Of a DNA stretch of 64,000 nucleotides, positions 57,201 to 64,000 are shown piece by piece; position 1 is the first letter of the stretch; each line of letters begins with the position of its first letter. The notes under the pieces were generated by a model that saw only the letters and a program-made list of their open reading frames with translations, searched no databases and was not told where the DNA came from. The DNA is from Bugula neritina (lineage: Eukaryota; Animalia; Bryozoa): NCBI GenBank assembly GCA_964035545.1, contig OZ037768.1:124001-188000 (forward strand). The letters are read 5' to 3'. Position numbers and translations under genes: made by a program.

Positions 57201-60200
57201 TACTGTATAAGTTACATATCAGTATATAACACTTACTGTACATATAAGTATATACTACTTACTGTAAGTTACATATCATTATATAACATTTACTGTAAGT
57301 TACATATCAGTATATACTACTTACTGTACATATCAGTACATAATACTACAGTATATGCTACTTACTTACAGCCAATACGAGGTCAGACAACCCCCGAAGT
57401 CCTGTCCCTGAGGAGTTTCCTTCAAGGAATGCTGGTAATACGTTAGACTTGTATCTTTATCAGACTGATTTTTACCTTTGTGTTGGAAGGGCTCGTTACA
57501 GTTCAGCCTCACAGTCTACTGCTGTCAATCTATAGTCAACATAAATAAGAGTAGAAATGGTTGCAGGGTTGATAATATGCATACTTGTTATTCTGATTAG
57601 CCCAGCCTGAAGAACTAGAGGAGAGTGGAGGTGAGATGGAGCCCCACAGTCACCCTCCCCAACTGACTGCACTGTGTGAGAAGCCAATGCCTCTTCAAGG
57701 TATATCAATGCTTATGTTTTGCTAAAGTCAATGTATGTTGCTTTTTCCCACTTTTTGGACCCATGTTTTTTAACAACATAATACAAATAATTATACCTAA
57801 TGAATCTTGGCCCCTTTCCTAACAGGCCTGACAACAGGTAGCAAGTACTTGCTGGTGGTCATGTCCAAGTGACAGCTTGTCTCCACTTCTGCAATGACCA
57901 CAACCAACTTGTCTACCTGCATACTGGAAGTTTAGATACTCAGCTTGCTAATCAATGTCTAATAATTTTCTACACTGCGACTGAAATTAGCACTTTTTAA
58001 AACTGATTGAAGCAGTTTCGATATCTTATTCAGAGCTTTCTGGTGAGTGTGACGGTGGGCGCTTACGCCGGGGAAGAATGTTGCCTGCTGCTACACGACA
58101 GCCTGTTGCTACACGACAGCCTGTTGCTACACGACAGCCTGTTGCTACACGACAGCCCTGTATCAACAACCAGTTTTCACAGAACAAAGAGCAGGAGAAA
58201 ATTCCAGCAGACCATAGGAGACAAGAAGAATGTAATAACAATAAAATATACCAAACCCCAAAGAGTGATGATGCATCAGAAGCACACGCGCCTAATGTGA
58301 AGCGAATGGTCGACTCATTCAATAGAGGACCCACACCATTTCAAAGAAGTAGAAGTTCATGGGCCTCAGTGAGTGGCAGAAGACAGAAACTTTCACCTCC
58401 TGTTGAAATGATGCAGAGAGAGGAGCCACCTGTTGAAATGATGCAGATTAAAGAGCCACCTGTTGAAATGATGCAAAAGAAAAAGCCATCTGTTGAAATG
58501 CTGCAGAAGAAAAAACCACCTGGTAAGTCTCCTCCCTCCCCGGCAAAGAAACCATCAGCAATCAGTCAAAATCTTAAGTTTTACAGTTCTCAAATAACTG
58601 AGAGACTGCGAACAGGCCTGCTAGATGAGACTTTGCCAACCACCACAAGTGAACACACTTCAGTCTCAGAATTAGTGAAGACTTTACCACAACGAGAAAA
58701 ACGTTCTCAGCTCACTAGTGCTACAAGACCTAATCAACCAATGACCAGCCAGATAACATCAAGCCGAGCAACAGCAAGTCAACCAATACCCAGGCAGCTA
58801 ATAACCAGCCAACCAATGCCCAAGCAGCTAGCTAACAGCCAACTAACAACTAGGCAACTAGACCAACCAGATACTTACCAGCCAGCCAATGACCAACAAG
58901 AGAACAACTCACCAGCCAACAGCCAGTCAGCTAGCAACCAGCCAACTTACAACCAGCCAGATAACAGTCAGGTGGCTAGAAGTTATAAAACTGACTTAGA
59001 CTCACAAGTCTACATACCAAATAAAACACCGCCGCAGTTTGCAGGTAATGAGCAGTCCGCAGTGAATAAGGAAGAACAATCAAACTCATTCCTGGCCGAT
59101 GAGCTACAGACACCCATTTCAAGTCAAAGTTTAAAAACCAAAGAGGGATCCTCAGAAGACAGAGATGGAGAGAAGCCGCAGCCATCTAAACTTCAGGCTG
59201 ATGTAGAGTCACAAGTATTCGAAGTACACAATCCGCGACAACCAGTTAAACTGAAAAGAAGTTTCAGGCAACATATATGTGACTTGAGTGCTGACCAACT
59301 TGTACTAGGAGCACATGCCTCAAAGGGGGGTGAGTGGAGATACGTTTCTTGAAGAAAAATATATTTCCAAATGCTACGATACAAATCAGTAATACGTCAT
59401 ATTCTCATTGACTTTGTTATCTTTTGTCGCAAAAAATAGGAAAACAAAACAAATAAATAACTATTCTCAGGTCATGATGTTTTGTATTTTCTTCTGTAAA
59501 ACGTAGAATGAATTTTTTAAACTCAAAGTTTTGTATAAATGGTTACTGATAAACTAAAAATAAAATCCAGCATTGTGTTCTTATAGTTCCTGACTCTCCA
59601 AATAACCTTGCAATGCCAGCTAGAATGCCCCTTGTGCAGGAGCCACCACTGGCAGCTATCAGTCAGAAAGTTGAGTCAGTCACCAATAGTGGTGAATCAG
59701 TTACCAATAGTAAGAAGTTAGTCACCAATAGTGGTGAGTCAAGTTAGAAACATACAAATACGCCGTAGACCATATAACTAAAGTAAAGTTGGTTCAATAA
59801 GTCAAAGATGGAACAACAAGCTTTGATTTATTTTAGTTTATATTTCAATTTTAGAACATAGAGCAAAGAGAACTGCCAGTAGAAAACGCTTGAGCGAGGG
59901 CAGCGTTGGGGAAAGAGCTGCCACTACTACAACTATCTCAATGATGTCACTCGCCACACAAACCGAGCAGCAAATGATGGAGTCAGATGAAACTCGCTCT
60001 GAAGCACCATCTCCAGCTGCTGAATTGCGGCTTCAAAAAGAAAATGATGAACTTAAAAAACTTTTAGACGCTGAGAAGAAAAGACACAGTCAGGAAAAAT
60101 TTGAGTGGCAGCAAAATCTAAAGAAAAAAGACGCGCAAATACTCAACTTGAATGAAAAGCTGCACGAGCTTGAGACCAACCCTCCTGAGATGAGGAAGTC

Positions 60201-60423
60201 TAATGCTGCAAGCGGTTTAAATGTAGTAGAAGTAAGCTCGGCTTTGGCTCAGCGTATAAGGAGAAAGATAGAGGGACTGTCTGGAAACGAGGCTGGTTCT
60301 TCAACCAATCAGCTGTTAGATGAAGTTGTGACATGGCGTCACCTTCTAGAGTTGATGGGAGATGACGGTGCAGAAGAAAGAGAGAAAACTCACAAGAATC
60401 ACGTGAGAACCTATCAAGTGTAA
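54212..60423 (+). CDS. Uncharacterised ~863-aa intrinsically disordered protein with C-terminal coiled coil
   Basis: Exons 54212-54230, 54683-54754, 55481-55537, 55967-56056, 56544-56615, 56819-56926, 57372-57434, 57601-57699, 58034-59329, 59587-59733, 59855-60423(TAA) form one 2592-nt frame with all introns phase 1. The middle is S/P/Q/T-rich; coiled coil 'ELRLQKENDELKKLLDAEKKRH...LNEKLHELE'. Confidence 0.72.
54236..55169. repeat. Two intronic arrays: 11-bp (54236-54630) and 17-bp perfect array (54787-55169)
   Basis: tagttatagag; tgtctaactctcactga x~22. Confidence 0.92.
56066..57350. repeat. Two intronic arrays: 26-bp (56066-56520) and ~31-bp donor-containing (56919-57350)
   Basis: cttagtaccatactactctgtgtagM; tacttact|gtaagttacatatcagtatataa. 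Confidence 0.92.
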
Positions 60424-61336
60424 TCTACATCAAGTGTAGTATACAGCTATTTAGTAGACTGCTCATCTACAGTACATAAAGTATAATCTACAGCAAGTAA
60501 ACTGTCTATATCTAGATAGACATATTGGTTTTCTAGAACAGTAAGTATGTGTAGATATATTCAGCAAAATGATTCTGGTAGTTGTATGGATAAGACTGAA
60601 TTCTCAGGTTGTTTGCAGTTACTTTTCTTGTAGGAAATCACGTAATGCTATTATTTCTTTGCCCAATATATTTTGCTATCAACGTCTGCTAGTATTATAA
60701 TAATATAAAATGATATATCTTGAGAATAATTGTATATTGTTCTTGTGTTATTAAAAGTGATTACACTGCCCCACGAGTTTGCTTTGCTACTTTAGAGTTT
60801 AAATGCTATGTTTTCACAGATTTTCATTAACCAATGAGTAGTAAACCATATTGTGTTCTTTAAGTAAGAAGACAATAAATTAAGTGCAATATCAGAAAAA
60901 AAGCATATGGCTAAATAACACTTGCACGTATAAGTACATTTTTTAAAATACAAATTGCAAATTTATAAAATATCTTTTTAGAAATTTGTAATTTACATTG
61001 AGGGATACATTTATCATAGTAACTGCATTTTGAAGTATTCTATCCCATCAAGTATTTTATGAGTCATTCAGTCACGTATCACATTGATTATTAGTTACAA
61101 TGTCAACTATCAAGCCAGGTATTCAGTTAATTGCATTATCAATAATTCAGTCAGCATTAGTTACAATTGAATTATGCAATAACCTTTGACAACTCAGCAC
61201 ACTTTAAAAAAGTATTTAAAAATATTTGACTTTAAACTGAATTGAGTTGAAATCTGGCTAAACTGTGCTTTCAGATAATCTCATGATTTTTTGTATTTTA
61301 ACATCCATGCATGGACTCCTTAGTGAACAAGAAACA

Positions 61337-63134
<1,798 letters not shown>

Positions 63135-63137
63135 TAT

Positions 63138-64000
63138 TAGAAAAAATATAATGAGATTTGATTAATATAATGGCATTTATTACTAGTAGTTTCGTACACA
63201 AAAAACGATGTGCACTCGTCAGATAAATTTGCCACTATGATTGCTTACAACTATAAATACCCCTAGCATACTGAAAAACATACCAGAATCTATAAACCGC
63301 AGACTTTATGACATATCTACTAATGAAACTATTTTCAACAATGCCATCCCACAATATCAAGATGCGTTGGCTAAAAGCGGATATAATTACCAACTCAAAT
63401 ACAAAGACTACACTAACATCACCAATACAAGCATCAAACCTATAAGACAAAGACGAGTCATCTGGTACAACCCACCTTATAGCCGCAATGTAAAGACGAA
63501 AATCGGCTCCATATTCCTCAAGCTGATAAAAGATATATTCCACACCAAACACCCACTGCACAAAATATTTAATAAAAACACACTCAAACTCAGCTACAGT
63601 TGCTGCCCGAATTTAGAGCAGACCATCACTGCCCACAACAAAAGTGTTACTAAATGCAACACCGCCCCTATATCACAGGCAGGCTGTAACTGTAGAAATG
63701 TAGAGACATGCCCGCTTCCGGGAGAATGCACAACCCCAAACATTGTGTACCAGGCCAAAGTATCCGCCCCATCAAACGATACTGCCGAAACATATGTAGG
63801 AATTTCCTCCACTGCATTCAAGGCAAGATACTACAACCACCTTGCTTCCTTCAGACACCCAACCTTGGAAACTGAGTTGAGCAAACACATCTGGACCTTA
63901 AAAGACAAAGGTCTGGATTTTACCATATCCTGGAAAATTCTCAGAAAAGCTCAACCATACAACAACATCACTAAAAACTGTCAGCTATGCTCATGGGAAA
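63138..64000 (+). mobile_element. Second 5'-truncated Naiad-type Penelope-like element (different family) with inverted 5' pLTR; runs off the window
   Basis: Fragments 'YQDALAKSGY', 'VIWYNPPYSRNVKTKIG', 'HPLHKIFNKNTLKLSYSC', 'CNCRN..CPLPGEC..IVYQAKV..ETYVGIS..FKARYYNH', 'TELSKHIW', 'CQLCSWE'. Begins right after a (TA)n tract with an antisense pLTR/hammerhead. Confidence 0.9.
63171..63234 (-). ncRNA. Type I hammerhead ribozyme, antisense, in inverted pLTR
   Basis: The minus strand reads tggcaaatttat CTGACGA gtgcac..gtgtac GAAA ctacta GTA ataaatgcca, with all core nucleotides and stems I-III present. Confidence 0.87.

Overview
AT-rich, intron-containing animal (invertebrate) genomic DNA; the taxon cannot be fixed from sequence. 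Manual exon assembly using GT-AG junctions and reading frame gives eight protein-coding genes. In order: the 3' part of a ZnT/SLC30A2-like zinc transporter (+), an orphan 343-aa ORF (-), CCDC113/CFAP263 (-), casein kinase 2 alpha (+), CFAP20 (+), an ANKRD60-like ubiquitin-like/ankyrin/coiled-coil protein (-), a divergent cyclin E (+) and a secreted two-domain ependymin-related protein (+), plus a ninth, an unknown ~863-aa disordered/coiled-coil protein (+). Mobile DNA comprises a foldback/MULE-like element with a 9-bp TSD, an internally deleted DD35D pogo/Fot1-like transposon, and two Naiad-type Penelope-like retroelement copies in (TA)n tracts, each with a hammerhead ribozyme. The main observations are four. 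(1) Many introns carry their own private minisatellite, and many units are copies of the intron's splice donor, acceptor or branch point, creating up to ~27 decoy splice sites. (2) The CCDC113<-/->CK2a->CFAP20 order and orientation match human 16q21 as I recall it. (3) A 21-copy array of RFX X-box-like motifs sits in a CK2a intron between these two ciliary genes. (4) The cyclin E has a degenerate MRAIL patch and a duplicated phosphodegron. Most long ORFs in the supplied track are tandem-repeat artefacts. Coordinates were read by hand and may be off by a few bases.
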